A DNA stretch of 63,937 bases, filler included, from Caldilineae bacterium (GTDB lineage: Bacteria > Chloroflexota > Anaerolineae > DTLA01): assembly GCA_037446815.1 (NCBI GenBank). It is 13 parts of 13 records of this genome, joined end to end, with 100 filler letters (N's around TTAATTAATTAA, not from the genome) between each part and the next. Parts side by side here need not be neighbours in the genome. Positions count along the whole stretch, not along the records: positions 46,789 to 51,358 come from JBBIHX010000204.1; positions 51,459 to 55,992 come from JBBIHX010000205.1; positions 56,093 to 60,608 come from JBBIHX010000206.1; 10 more parts are not named here. One strand, written 5' to 3'. Positions within the stretch are counted from its first letter, which is position 1, and the number at the start of each line of letters is the position of its first letter. Of this stretch, positions 47,841-59,640 are shown piece by piece. Made by a program: the position numbers and the translations under genes. The notes under the pieces were generated by a model, which saw nothing but the letters and a program-made list of their open reading frames with translations, was not told the DNA's origin and did not search any database.

Positions 47841-48722
47841 ATGCTACAACTTTCAGAAGAGATGTCTTCGGGCGAGGCCCGACTCAGGGTGGATGTGTAT
47901 GGCAACCGTCCGGTGGAGCACGTGCTGGACGAGATGACGTTCCTAAACTACCGCCTCGCCAGCGTTCGGATTGAGGAGCGGGTTACCCGCGCCAAGCCGG
48001 ACATCATCTGGCGTCAAGATGTGGCCCGCAAGGATATTCGCTATGAGGATGGCATTCTGTTCCTTGATGGCGAATGGTTTCAGGGCGAGGTGCAGAAGGT
48101 GCTGGTAACCATGCTGGCCTTCCGCATGGAGGAGCATGGCTTGCATCCGTTCCACGCGTCGGCGGTGCGGTATCGGGATCGCACCATCATGTTCCTGGGC
48201 GGCGAATCCAACCACGGCAAGACGATGTCGCAGATTGAGAGCTGCCGCCGCGGGGGGCTTGTCGTCTCCACAGAGACGACGGTGGTTGACGAGCGCGGCT
48301 GGGCCGTGATGGGCTCCAAGTCGGTCTTCTTGCGGCAGCGTTCCAAAGGCACCGAGCGCGCCGACCTGCCGAATCAGGATCAGGGAGTGGCCAAGTTCTT
48401 TGACAAGACGCCCGAATTCGTGAACTACGATGAGCCGAGCAACGTGGATATCGTCATTCTCCCCTCCATTGACGGGAACTTTGATACGGCCGTGATTGAG
48501 ATGATCCCGTTTGAGCGGGAGTACCAGACGTACCACTCGGTGATGAACTACTTTGGCCTCAATCAGTTGCTGTCGCCTGGGCTGGCGATGCCCATTGTGG
48601 ATACGGACGAGCGGAGGATGCGCCGCGCCGACTTCGTGCACCGATTCGCCGTTCGGCCCTACTATCTGATTCGGGCGAAGAACCCGCAGTTGGTTTTGGA
48701 CGAGGTGGAGAAACTGCTCTAG
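47841..48722 (+). CDS. Hypothetical protein with HprK-like P-loop
   Basis: HASAV...FLGGESNHGKT. Confidence 0.6.
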   Translation: MLQLSEEMSSGEARLRVDVYGNRPVEHVLDEMTFLNYRLASVRIEERVTRAKPDIIWRQDVARKDIRYEDGILFLDGEWFQGEVQKVLVTMLAFRMEEHGLHPFHASAVRYRDRTIMFLGGESNHGKTMSQIESCRRGGLVVSTETTVVDERGWAVMGSKSVFLRQRSKGTERADLPNQDQGVAKFFDKTPEFVNYDEPSNVDIVILPSIDGNFDTAVIEMIPFEREYQTYHSVMNYFGLNQLLSPGLAMPIVDTDERRMRRADFVHRFAVRPYYLIRAKNPQLVLDEVEKLL

Positions 48723-48759
48723 GAGATGCGGCGAGGCTGGCCGCGCAGGGAGGGCGAGC

Positions 48760-49449
48760 ATGGAGTCAAGACCGATGGGCGGCACGGAAGGGGGCGCTTT
48801 CCCCAAGACGGCGCTCAGCGACCGCGTGCGGGATTTTATCATCAAGGCCATCATGAGCGGGGAGATGAAGCCGGGCCAGCGCATTGTGGAGAGCGCGCTA
48901 GCGCGGCAGTTGGGGGTGAGTCAAGCGCCCGTTCGGGAGGCCATCCGCGACCTGGTGCTCATGGGGTTCCTAGAGACCGAGCCGTACAAAGGCACATTCG
49001 TGCGCTCCTTCACCGCCGAGGAATTGTACGAGGTGTACACGGTCCGCGCGGCCCTGGAAGCCCTCGCCGCACGTTTGGCGGCCACTCGCGTAACCGATGA
49101 GGACCTGGCCGCGCTCCAGGGCATCCTGGACCAGATGGTGGAGGCCGGCAAGGCCAACGATGGGAATCGCATGGTGCGCCTGGACAACGTTTTCCACGAG
49201 ACTATCCTCAAGTTGTCGGGAAATCGGCTGCTATACCATCTGTGGCAGACCCTCCGCTTCGGGTACTGGACCATCGTAACGACCCGCGTGTCCGACTACA
49301 ACCTAGAGGAACTGGCTGCGCGCCATGGGGATCTGCTCAAGGCGCTGGAAACGCGGAATCCCCAGAAGGCTATGACGGCGATGCGACGCCACATTGAGGA
49401 TTTGGGCAAACCGCCCGAGAACTTCGGCCAGGAGAATGGGCTGGAATGA
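48760..49449 (+). CDS. GntR family transcriptional regulator (FCD domain)
   Basis: LGVSQAPVREA wHTH, RAALE, DNVFH, MRRHI. Confidence 0.94.
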   Translation: MESRPMGGTEGGAFPKTALSDRVRDFIIKAIMSGEMKPGQRIVESALARQLGVSQAPVREAIRDLVLMGFLETEPYKGTFVRSFTAEELYEVYTVRAALEALAARLAATRVTDEDLAALQGILDQMVEAGKANDGNRMVRLDNVFHETILKLSGNRLLYHLWQTLRFGYWTIVTTRVSDYNLEELAARHGDLLKALETRNPQKAMTAMRRHIEDLGKPPENFGQENGLE

Positions 49450-49937
49450 TGGCGGATTCGGCCCTGGCCCGTGCGCGAGAACTGTTCCTGCGCGACGATA
49501 ACCTGTACGGCTGCGCCGAAACGACGGTGGTGGCGCTGCTGGAGGCGTTCGGCCTGGGCGATGAGACCGATTCGGCGCTGTGCATGGCGTTGAACGGCGG
49601 CGTGGCGTGGCGGGGTTGGGTGTGCGGCGCGATTTCGGGCGCGGCCATCGCGGTGGGACGCCTGGCGGCGTTGCGCATCCCCGACCACAAGGAAGCGAAG
49701 CGGGTGAGCAGGGCCCTCATCAACAACTTCATAGACGAATTCCGCGCGGCTTTCGGCTGCACGAACTGCCGCGACTTGATTGGGCTGGACATACGCGACC
49801 CGGCCCACCATGCGCGCTTTATTGAAAGCGGCGTCTGGCGGGACGTGTGTATGCGTCAGATTGAGTTTGCAGTGCGCCGCCTCGCTCCCCTTGGCGACGC
49901 GGGTGAGTGGGACAGCGTCGTTTCCGAACTGCAGTAA
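49446..49937 (+). CDS. C-GCAxxG-C-C family redox protein
   Basis: GCAE, CGAISG, NCRDL and a terminal C. Confidence 0.88.
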   Translation: MMADSALARARELFLRDDNLYGCAETTVVALLEAFGLGDETDSALCMALNGGVAWRGWVCGAISGAAIAVGRLAALRIPDHKEAKRVSRALINNFIDEFRAAFGCTNCRDLIGLDIRDPAHHARFIESGVWRDVCMRQIEFAVRRLAPLGDAGEWDSVVSELQ

Positions 49938-49954
49938 GTGTGTGGGAGGCTGCC

Positions 49955-51271
49955 ATGACACAGGAGATACGGATGCCCCAGTTGGGGCTGACGATGGAAC
50001 GGGGAAAGATCGTGAAGTGGCTGGTGGGCGTGGGAGATCGCGTGGCCCGCGGCCAGCCGATCTTTGAGGTTGAGACGGACAAGGCCATCGTAACGGTGGA
50101 ATCGCAAGAGACGGGGACGGTGGCGCGGATCCTTGTGGCCGAAGGGGAAGAAGCGCCGGTTGGGGCGGCGGTGGCCGTTCTGGCCGGGGCGGCAGAATCC
50201 GTGCCCGAGGCGGCCCCGAAGCCACCGGAGCCGAAGCGCGCGGCTGAACCTGCGGCGACAGCGGTCCGGGGCGAGGCGTCATGGAAGGCGCGCGTGGAGG
50301 CGCGGAAGGCCGGGCTGGACATCGCGAGCATCGCGGGGAGCGGCCCCGGCGGGCGTGTGGTGGCGGCGGACGTGGCGCGGGCCGTTGCCGAAAAGGCGGC
50401 TCCGGCGGCGGAGGCTGTGAAGGCGTCGCCGGCGGCGGAGAAGTTGGCGGCGGCGCTGGGCCTGGAGTTGCGCACGATTGCGGGGAGCGGGCCCGGCGGC
50501 CGGGTGATGGAAGAAGATGTCCTGCGGGCGGCCGCGGCCATCATCCGCGGGCGTGCGGTGGCGCCGCAGGCTCCCGTCGCGCCGTCGGGCGTGGTAGAGA
50601 GCGTGCCCCTGACGGGCGTGCGCGGGATCGTGTCGCGGCGCATGGCCGAAAGCGCGCGGGAGACGGCGCGCGTAACGCTGTTCCGCGAAGTGGACGCAGG
50701 CAAGATGACAGAGTTGCGCGACTGCCTCAAGGGCGAGGGGGTGGAAATCACATACAACGACATTCTGATTCGCGTGTGCGCGGCGGCGTTGCGGCGACAT
50801 CCAGAGGCGAATGCGCGGATGGCGGAGGGTCGGATTGAGCGGCTCGCCGAGGTGAACATCGGGCTGGCCGTGGACACGGAGCGGGGGCTGCTGGTGCCGG
50901 TGATTCGTGGCGCCGACCGGATGAGCCTGTCGGAGGTGGCGCGAGAGCGGGCGCGGCTGGTGGAGGGAGCGCGGAGCGGCAGGATCGCGCCCGAAGACCT
51001 GACGGGCGGGACGTTCACCATCACGAACCTAGGAATGTACGGCGTGGAGGGGTTCACGCCGATTATCAATCTGCCGGAGTGCTGCATCCTTGGAGTCGGG
51101 CGCATCGTGAAGAAGGCCGTGGTGTGCGATGAATGCGACGAAATCACGATTCGGCCCATGATGGTGTTGAGCCTGGTGTTTGACCATCGGGTGATAGACG
51201 GGGCTCCGGCGGCGAGATTCCTGGACACGATCGCGCGGCTGATAGAAGAGCCGGCGCTGTTATTGACATAA
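49955..51271 (+). CDS. 2-oxoacid dehydrogenase E2 (dihydrolipoamide acyltransferase)
   Basis: Lipoyl ETDKA, two GSGPGGRV subunit-binding domains, DHRVIDG. Confidence 0.95.
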   Translation: MTQEIRMPQLGLTMERGKIVKWLVGVGDRVARGQPIFEVETDKAIVTVESQETGTVARILVAEGEEAPVGAAVAVLAGAAESVPEAAPKPPEPKRAAEPAATAVRGEASWKARVEARKAGLDIASIAGSGPGGRVVAADVARAVAEKAAPAAEAVKASPAAEKLAAALGLELRTIAGSGPGGRVMEEDVLRAAAAIIRGRAVAPQAPVAPSGVVESVPLTGVRGIVSRRMAESARETARVTLFREVDAGKMTELRDCLKGEGVEITYNDILIRVCAAALRRHPEANARMAEGRIERLAEVNIGLAVDTERGLLVPVIRGADRMSLSEVARERARLVEGARSGRIAPEDLTGGTFTITNLGMYGVEGFTPIINLPECCILGVGRIVKKAVVCDECDEITIRPMMVLSLVFDHRVIDGAPAARFLDTIARLIEEPALLLT

Positions 51272-51285
51272 CGCGGAGGGCATGG

Positions 51286-51358
51286 ATGAGCAAGAAGACT
51301 ACAGAGACGATGGAGGCCCCGCCGGAGGACCTGACGCGGGCGCAGTTGCTGGCGATGT
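51286..51358 (+). CDS. Probable E1 alpha subunit N-terminus (contig end)
   Basis: GGAGG RBS; LTRAQLLAM; follows E2; only 24 codons visible. Confidence 0.4.
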
Positions 51359-51469
51359 NNNNNNNNNNNNNNNNNNNNNNNNNNNNNNNNNNNNNNNNNN
51401 NNTTAATTAATTAANNNNNNNNNNNNNNNNNNNNNNNNNNNNNNNNNNNNNNNNNNNNCTCAGCACTCG

Positions 51470-52025
51470 GACACGGTTCCAAAGTCTGTTGGTAACCGCC
51501 ATTGCGAGGGCGCGGGCAATGCCCTCACCCCAGCCCTCTCCCAGCGGGAGAGGGAGCCACGCCCGGCCTTCGGCCTCCTGAGGTTGGGCGAGATTACAAG
51601 GTGCGACGCACCTCCGAGGTCCGTCGCACGTGCCCGATTCGCGTGGATTCGCGTTAGGGAGCAGCACTCGGGGTTCATGTGGTGTCGGTCTGCCCGCGCG
51701 GTCTTTCTGCTGCGTCTATCACGGTGAGCCGATAGCGCAGTATCTCGGACAGCGAGATGCTTCGCCGCTCCGTGGCTCAGGATGACAGCCCCGTTGTGTC
51801 ATGCTGAGCCAAAGGCGAAGCATCTCGGTCAGCGAGATTCTTCGCGGCTTCGCCGCTCAGAATGACAGTTCCCAGGGATTGAATTAACATGCGCAGCACT
51901 CTCATAGATGCCCAGGACGCCGCCTCCCCACTCTGTCATGCTGAGCCAAAGGCGAAGCATCTCGCGGCGCGTATCCGCGGATAGCACGGATTGGACGGAT
52001 GACGGAGGCGAGATTCTTCGCGGCT
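51470..52025. repeat. Dense repeat cluster with a MITE end at 51470 and several REP-like families
   Basis: GACACGGTTCCAAAGTCTGTTGGT plus CCCTCACCC, GTGCGACGCAC and GTCA hairpins. Confidence 0.8.
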
Positions 52026-52119
52026 CCCGCCCTGAATCCTTTTGCCCCTTCGCGCATCCAAATATCGGAATATTCACCCGCGGCTGCGCGCCGACGGGGT
52101 ATATACAGGAGGTGGTCGT

Positions 52120-52533
52120 ATGTGGTATCCGATTTTCAGGCCGCGATGGGCACGCCGTGGCCCGTGGGGAGAGCTCGGCGAGGGCTGGGGCGGCGAGCCG
52201 GAGGAGCGCACATGGGCGCCGCCCGTGGACATCTTTGACCTGGGCGACCGACTGGTCATCTACGCTGATTTGCCCGGTGTGGAGCGCGAATCCATTGACG
52301 TTACGCTGGAAGGCGACACGCTGACGTTGCGCGCCGAGCGCAAAGCCTATCCGGAGGAGGCTGATTACCTCTGCTGCGAGCGCACCAGCGGCACCTACCG
52401 TCGCGTCATCCAGATTCCCATGGAGGTGGACGCCCAGAACATTGAGGCTCACTACGAGGATGGCATCCTGAAAATCACGCTGCCCAAGGCGCCGGAACTC
52501 AAGCCGCGCAAAATCAGCATCGCAACGAAATGA
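52120..52533 (+). CDS. Hsp20/alpha-crystallin family protein
   Basis: PPVDI, DLPGV, A.YEDGILKITLPK; AGGAGG RBS. Confidence 0.94.
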   Translation: MWYPIFRPRWARRGPWGELGEGWGGEPEERTWAPPVDIFDLGDRLVIYADLPGVERESIDVTLEGDTLTLRAERKAYPEEADYLCCERTSGTYRRVIQIPMEVDAQNIEAHYEDGILKITLPKAPELKPRKISIATK

Positions 52534-52540
52534 CGCAAGC

Positions 52541-52585
52541 CGCGCAGAAGCACGGGGAGTCCAGTCGTCCCCGTGTTTCTGCGCC
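52541..52585. terminator. Strong hairpin between hsp20 and the oxidoreductase gene
   Basis: GCGCAGAAGCACGGGGA / TCCCCGTGTTTCTGCGC stem; no clear U-tract. Confidence 0.45.
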
Positions 52586-52612
52586 CATAACCCATTGTGA
52601 GGAGGGCATGAT

Positions 52613-53257
52613 ATGCCGATGATTCAACCCAAAGACCGTGAGTACCTACAGAAGGAGTTCGCGGCCAAACTGGTGCACCCCGTCAAATTGGTCATGGTAA
52701 CGCAGGACTTTGAGTGCGACTTCTGCAAGGAAACCCGCGAGATCGTGGAGGAACTGGCCGAACTGTCCGATAAGATCACGGCGGAGGTGTACGACTTCGT
52801 CGCCGATAAGGACAAGATCGCGCCGTACAACATCGCCCGAATCCCGGCCATCGCCGTCATCGGCGAGAAGGACTACGGCATCCGCTTCTACGGCATCCCG
52901 TCGGGGTATGAGTTCTCGTCGCTGGTGGAGAGCATCATGATGGTGTCGCGGCGCGAGAGCGGGCTGAAGGACGCCACCAAGAAGGCGCTGGCGGAACTAA
53001 AGCAGGACCTGCACATCCAGGTGTTCGTAACGCCCACCTGACCGTACTGCCCGCGAGCCGTGCTGCTCGCGTTCCAGATGGCGCTGGAGAGCGACCGCGT
53101 CCGCGCCGACATGGTGGAGGCGATGGAATTCCCCGACTTGGCCATCAAGTACCAGGTGCAAGGGGTGCCGCGCTCGGTCGTCAACGAGACCATCGCGGTG
53201 GAGGGGGCTTATCCGGAACCGCTGTTCGTCCAGGAAGTTTGGAAGCAGTTGAAGTAG
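52613..53257 (+). CDS. Protein-disulfide oxidoreductase (AhpF N-domain/GlrX-like), probable selenoprotein, 214 aa
   Basis: ORFs 52613-53041 and 53060-53257 are in frame; CDFC, GIPSGYEF, VTPT[UGA]PYC; SECIS-like hairpin follows. Confidence 0.88.
53052..53071 (+). promoter_or_regulatory. Candidate bacterial SECIS hairpin
   Basis: CGCGAGC-CGTGCT-GCTCGCG, separated from UGA 53039-53041 by 10 nt. Confidence 0.65.
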
Positions 53258-53266
53258 GCTGTGGGG

Positions 53267-53305
53267 ACAGGTGCGGCGTGCTTTCCGTGCGCCGCACCTG
53301 TTTTT
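53267..53305 (+). terminator. Rho-independent terminator
   Basis: ACAGGTGCGGCG / CGCCGCACCTGT stem followed by a T-run. Confidence 0.8.
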
Positions 53306-53410
53306 GTCCCNNNNNNNNNNNNNNNNNNNNNNNNNNNNNNNNNNNNNNNNNNNNNNNNNNNNNNNNNNNNNNNNNNNNNNNNNNNNNNNNNNNNNNNNNN
53401 NNNNNNNNNN

Positions 53411-53520
53411 CCGAGATCCTTCGCTTCGCTCAGGATGACACAATCAGGCTGTCATTCCGAGCGGCGAAGCGGCGAGGGATCTCGTTGGCCGAGATCCTTC
53501 GCTTCGCTCAGGATGGCAGG
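53411..53520. repeat. Three GTCA-type REP-like hairpins
   Basis: GAGATCCTTCGCTTCGCTCAGGATG twice, plus GTCATTCCGAGCG...GGATCTC. Confidence 0.75.
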
Positions 53521-53548
53521 TAGTCGCGCGGGGCAGGCGGCCTGCCCG

Positions 53549-55678
<2,130 letters not shown>

Positions 55679-55841
55679 TCACCCCAGCCCTCTCCCAGCG
55701 GGCGAGGGAGCGACGCCCTCACCTCCGACTCCATTCGCGTGGATTCGCGTTATTCGCGGTTGCCGTCCTCCCAGACTGCTTTGGACGCTCCCGGCCTTGC
55801 AATAATGGCTATCAACGGGCCTCAAGGCCGACTGTCCACGG

Positions 55842-55991
55842 CATTCGGTTCCAAGGTCTGTTCCTGGTTGTCATTGCGAGGGTGCGGAGCGCCCGAAGCA
55901 ATCTCTGGGGCGTGGGATTGCTTCGCTTCGCTCGCAATGACACACGAGGAGAGTGTCCATGCGGTTCACCAACACAGTTTGGAACCGAATC
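55842..55991. mobile_element. 150-bp MITE copy E (right flank lost)
   Basis: Full-length element with both TIRs; TSD cannot be checked. Confidence 0.9.
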
Positions 55992-56127
55992 CNNNNNNNN
56001 NNNNNNNNNNNNNNNNNNNNNNNNNNNNNNNNNNNNTTAATTAATTAANNNNNNNNNNNNNNNNNNNNNNNNNNNNNNNNNNNNNNNNNNNNTGGAGCCG
56101 ATTCGCGCCGGCAGGGGTGCCCGTCTC

Positions 56128-56904
56128 CTACCGCACCGCCAGCGCCTCCAGCAACTGATAGCGCAGCGTCGCGAACTCCGGCGACGCCGTCATGGAGCGC
56201 CTGCGCGGGCGCGGCAACGGCACCGCAAGCACCGCCCGCACCCGCCCAGGCCGCGGCGTCAGCACATACACCCGATCCGACAGGAACACCGCCTCATCCA
56301 CGTCGTGGGTGATGAACAGGATGGTCTTCCGAAATCGCTCCCATACCCCCAGCAGCCACTCCTGCAACTCCATGCGCGTCAGCGCATCCAGCGCGCCGAA
56401 CGGCTCGTCCAGCAGCAGGACTTCGCGATGGGTCAGGAAGGTGCGGAGCAGGGCCGCCCGCTGCTTCATCCCGCCCGACAGCACCGCCGGATAGGCGTCG
56501 GCGAATCCCTCCAGGCCGAACAGGGGGAGCAACTCCCGCGCCTCGCGGCGGCTCTCCTGCAGGTCCTCGCCGCGCAGTTCCGGCCCCAGAATCACGTTAT
56601 CCAGCACGGAGCGCCAGGGCAGAAGCAAATCCTTCTGCGGCATGTACCCCACCAGCCCCGCGCGCCGCGACGCCACCTGCCCGTCCAGCAGCACGTGCCC
56701 CTCGTCCGGCTCCAGCAGGCCGCAGATGATGTTGAACAGGGTGCTCTTGCCGCAGCCGCTCGGGCCGATGAGCGACACGAATTCCCCCGCGCGGGCGTGA
56801 AGGCTCACGTCCTCCAGCGCCTTCAGCGGCACCCCGTCCACCTTGAACCACTTGGTGATGCCGGTCAGTTCCAGTTTGCAGGGCGCATCAGGGCAGGAAG
56901 TCAT
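56128..56904 (-). CDS. ABC transporter ATP-binding protein (ThiZ-like)
   Basis: GPSGCGKST, YMPQKDLL, LSGGMKQR, LLDEPFGALD. Confidence 0.92.
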   Translation of the reverse strand: MTSCPDAPCKLELTGITKWFKVDGVPLKALEDVSLHARAGEFVSLIGPSGCGKSTLFNIICGLLEPDEGHVLLDGQVASRRAGLVGYMPQKDLLLPWRSVLDNVILGPELRGEDLQESRREARELLPLFGLEGFADAYPAVLSGGMKQRAALLRTFLTHREVLLLDEPFGALDALTRMELQEWLLGVWERFRKTILFITHDVDEAVFLSDRVYVLTPRPGRVRAVLAVPLPRPRRRSMTASPEFATLRYQLLEALAVR

Positions 56905-57874
56905 TGGTGAACGCCTTGTCGGGGTCAAAGTCGCCGCTGATGAGGCCGTTGGTCTTCATCCAGTCGCCGAAGGTGCGCCACACCTCGGCCTTCTGCACGC
57001 CCCACTTGGGCGCTTCGGCCTTGTAGCGCGGGCTGAGCCATTCCTGGCTTCGGCGGATGAGTTCCGGGTCGCTTTCCGGGGCGTACTTCAGCAGAATCTC
57101 GGCGGACTCGGACGGGTGGGCGATGGCGTACTCGTACCCCTTGGCCGTGGCCGCCATGAATCGCCGCACCAAATCCGGCTTCTGCTGAATCGTCGTCTCG
57201 CCGGCGATGACCACCGGCGTGTAGTAGTCGGGCACGCACGAGCCGTACAGCGGAATGGTGTTCAGTTCGTAGCCCTTGATCTGCGCCTGCACGCCGTCCC
57301 ACGCCAGGAAAATCCAGGCGATGTCCACGCGCCCGCCCAGCAGCGCCGGGAACGCGTCAAACCCCACGTCCACGAAGGTGAGTTTGCCGAAATCGGCGTT
57401 GTCGCACGCCATCAGTCCCTTGATGACCGCCTGTTCCAACGGCAGGCCGTAGGACGCATACGTCTTGCCCTCAAAATCCTTGGGGCGCGTGATGTTCTTC
57501 TCCTTGAGCGACGCGAAGGCCGACGTGTTGTGCTGGATGATGGCCGCCAGCGACACCACCGGAATCCCCTGCGACCGGGCGATGGTAACCTCCTCCTGGA
57601 AACTCACGCCGAACTCGGTATGGCCGAAGGCGACCTGCTTCAGGGCCGCCGCGGGATCCGACGGAATCTGGATGTCCAGGTCAATGCCCTGCTCCGTGTA
57701 CCAGCCCTTGTCCAGCGCCACGTAGAAGCCGGTGTGATTCGTGTTCGGCACCCAGTCCAGCGACAGCGTGGCCTTCACCGGCCCGGGCGTCGGCGTGGGC
57801 GTGGCCCTCGGCCCGCACGACGCCAATATCACGAGGGCAACCACCATCAGGACCGACAAGATTCGTTTGGACAT
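56888..57874 (-). CDS. NMT1/THI5-like substrate-binding lipoprotein (ThiY-like)
   Basis: Lipobox LASC; LDWVPNTNHTG, QHNTS, DYYTPV. Confidence 0.9.
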   Translation of the reverse strand: MSKRILSVLMVVALVILASCGPRATPTPTPGPVKATLSLDWVPNTNHTGFYVALDKGWYTEQGIDLDIQIPSDPAAALKQVAFGHTEFGVSFQEEVTIARSQGIPVVSLAAIIQHNTSAFASLKEKNITRPKDFEGKTYASYGLPLEQAVIKGLMACDNADFGKLTFVDVGFDAFPALLGGRVDIAWIFLAWDGVQAQIKGYELNTIPLYGSCVPDYYTPVVIAGETTIQQKPDLVRRFMAATAKGYEYAIAHPSESAEILLKYAPESDPELIRRSQEWLSPRYKAEAPKWGVQKAEVWRTFGDWMKTNGLISGDFDPDKAFTNDFLP

Positions 57875-57884
57875 GGCACACCTC

Positions 57885-58700
57885 CTACATTTCCTCCCAT
57901 CTTTCTTCGCGCGCCTTCGTGTAGAACCACGGAAGCGCGAGACGTTCTATGACGACTACGGCCAGGAACAGCGCCAGGCTGAGCGCGGAGACCACGGCGA
58001 TGGTGGCGAAGACCCAGTCGGTGCGGAACGAGTTGCTGGCGCGGAGCATGAACACGCCCAGCCCTCGGCTCGCGCCCACCCACTCGCCGATGATGGCCCC
58101 CACCACGCTGTACGTGATGGCTACCTTGATGCCCGTGAACATCCCCGGCAACGAGGCCGGCACCCGCACCTTGAAGAACACCTGGCGGCGCGTCGCCCCC
58201 ATGGATTGCAGCAGCGCGATGAGGTCGGGGTCGGTGGAGCGCAGGCCGTCCGCCGTGCCCACGACGATGGGGAAGAAGCAGACCAGCCCCACCACGATGA
58301 CCTTCGGGAGCAGGCCGTAGCCAAACCAGATGACCAGCAGGGGCGCGACGGCGATGATGGGAATCGTCTGCGACACAACCAGCAGGGGATACAGGGCGCG
58401 GCGAAGCGTGGCCGAGAGGTCTATCAGGAGCGCCAACATCAGCCCGCTTGCCAGCGCGGCAGCGAACCCGACGAGCGTCTCCACCACCGTCTGGGCCAGG
58501 TGCGGCCCCAGGAGACCGCGCGCGTCCACGGCGGCCTTGGCGATGGCCGACGGCGCCGGCAAGAGCCACGCCTGGATGCGCCACACGGCCGTGGCCGCTT
58601 CCCACACGGCGAACACCAGCGCCACCAGGAGCAGCGCCGGGCCGTACTCGGCAATGGCCTGCCCGACCCCGGGCAAACGGATGCGCGCGTTCCGCCTCAT
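57885..58700 (-). CDS. ABC transporter permease (ThiX-like)
   Basis: LPAPS, SQTIPIIAVAPL, FFPI, GAIIGEW. Confidence 0.92.
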   Translation of the reverse strand: MRRNARIRLPGVGQAIAEYGPALLLVALVFAVWEAATAVWRIQAWLLPAPSAIAKAAVDARGLLGPHLAQTVVETLVGFAAALASGLMLALLIDLSATLRRALYPLLVVSQTIPIIAVAPLLVIWFGYGLLPKVIVVGLVCFFPIVVGTADGLRSTDPDLIALLQSMGATRRQVFFKVRVPASLPGMFTGIKVAITYSVVGAIIGEWVGASRGLGVFMLRASNSFRTDWVFATIAVVSALSLALFLAVVVIERLALPWFYTKAREERWEEM

Positions 58701-58963
58701 GCTTGCTCCTCCCTGGGCGGCACTGGGCATGCGTTGGTCAGCGTGATGACCAGCACCGCTGGGCCCAGTTCGGCGGCGCGGCGAAAGCCATCGCGGAGCG
58801 CGGCCAGAATCGCGTCGTCGTCGCCCCACACGAGCGTGCTCATCGGCCCGGGCGTGTAGTCCAGGCCGTGGGCCGCGAGCGCCTTCCATATCTCCGCAAT
58901 GGCCGGCTCCAGATCCGCCTGGCCCAACGGGTACAGACTCACCTGCGCGGATACGCCAATCAT
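58697..58963 (-). CDS. YkoF/thiamine-binding protein
   Basis: SAQVSLYPL, GPMST, TNACP; start and stop overlap the neighbouring genes. Confidence 0.85.
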   Translation of the reverse strand: MIGVSAQVSLYPLGQADLEPAIAEIWKALAAHGLDYTPGPMSTLVWGDDDAILAALRDGFRRAAELGPAVLVITLTNACPVPPREEQA

Positions 58964-59640
58964 ACGTCCACCCTCCCCACCAAAAGCGCGCCGAACGGAC
59001 GCAGCGCCTTGCGCCCCACACGCTCCAGGGGCCACGCCGCGCGCAGCCCTTGCCCGCCCGGCAGCACGAACACCGAACTGCTCCACCGCACCTTGCCGAA
59101 TGGCGCGAGGAGCCGCACGAATTCCGCGGGCGCGAAGAAATGCGCCGCCGCGAAGGGGTCGGACGGGTTGCGGCGGGCAGCCCTGCGCCGAACCCACGCC
59201 CACGGCGACCAGGCGTTCAGCGCGCCCACGACCATCCGGCCGCCCCTTCGGCAGACCCTTGCCATCTCCGCCGCCGCCCGCGTGGGGTCCGGAACAAACT
59301 CCAGCGCGGTAACGCACAGCACCAGGTCAAACGCCGCGTCGCCGAACGGTAGCGCGGCCGCGTCGGCCTGGATCAGCGCGGGCATGTTCGGCTTCGCGGC
59401 GGCCACGCGCAACATCGCCCGCGACACGTCCACGCCCACCACCCGCGCGCCCCGCTCCGCCAGGAACTGCGCGAAGTGGCCGGTGCCCGTACCCACGTCC
59501 AGCGCAGCCTGGCCCGCCACCGGCCCCAGGAACCGCGCCAGAAGGTCCTTCTCCAGCAGGTCAACCGTGCCGCCCAGGGGCGTGTCAAACCACGAATCGT
59601 ATAGGTCTGCGAAGGGGTCAAACGGCCCCTGCATCGGCAT
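58960..59640 (-). CDS. Class I SAM-dependent methyltransferase
   Basis: YDSWF, LDVGTGTG, GVDVS, LPFGDAAFD. Confidence 0.92.
   Translation of the reverse strand: MPMQGPFDPFADLYDSWFDTPLGGTVDLLEKDLLARFLGPVAGQAALDVGTGTGHFAQFLAERGARVVGVDVSRAMLRVAAAKPNMPALIQADAAALPFGDAAFDLVLCVTALEFVPDPTRAAAEMARVCRRGGRMVVGALNAWSPWAWVRRRAARRNPSDPFAAAHFFAPAEFVRLLAPFGKVRWSSSVFVLPGGQGLRAAWPLERVGRKALRPFGALLVGRVDV

Noticed and set aside
37104..51358. One large catabolic island spanning the mttB and dehydrogenase clusters
   Set aside because: They lie on different contigs ordered by size, so proximity in this window carries no information.
56888..57874. THI5-type HMP-phosphate synthase
   Set aside because: It has a lipoprotein signal, sits between ABC permease and ATPase genes and lacks the CCCxC motif, so it is a binding protein.
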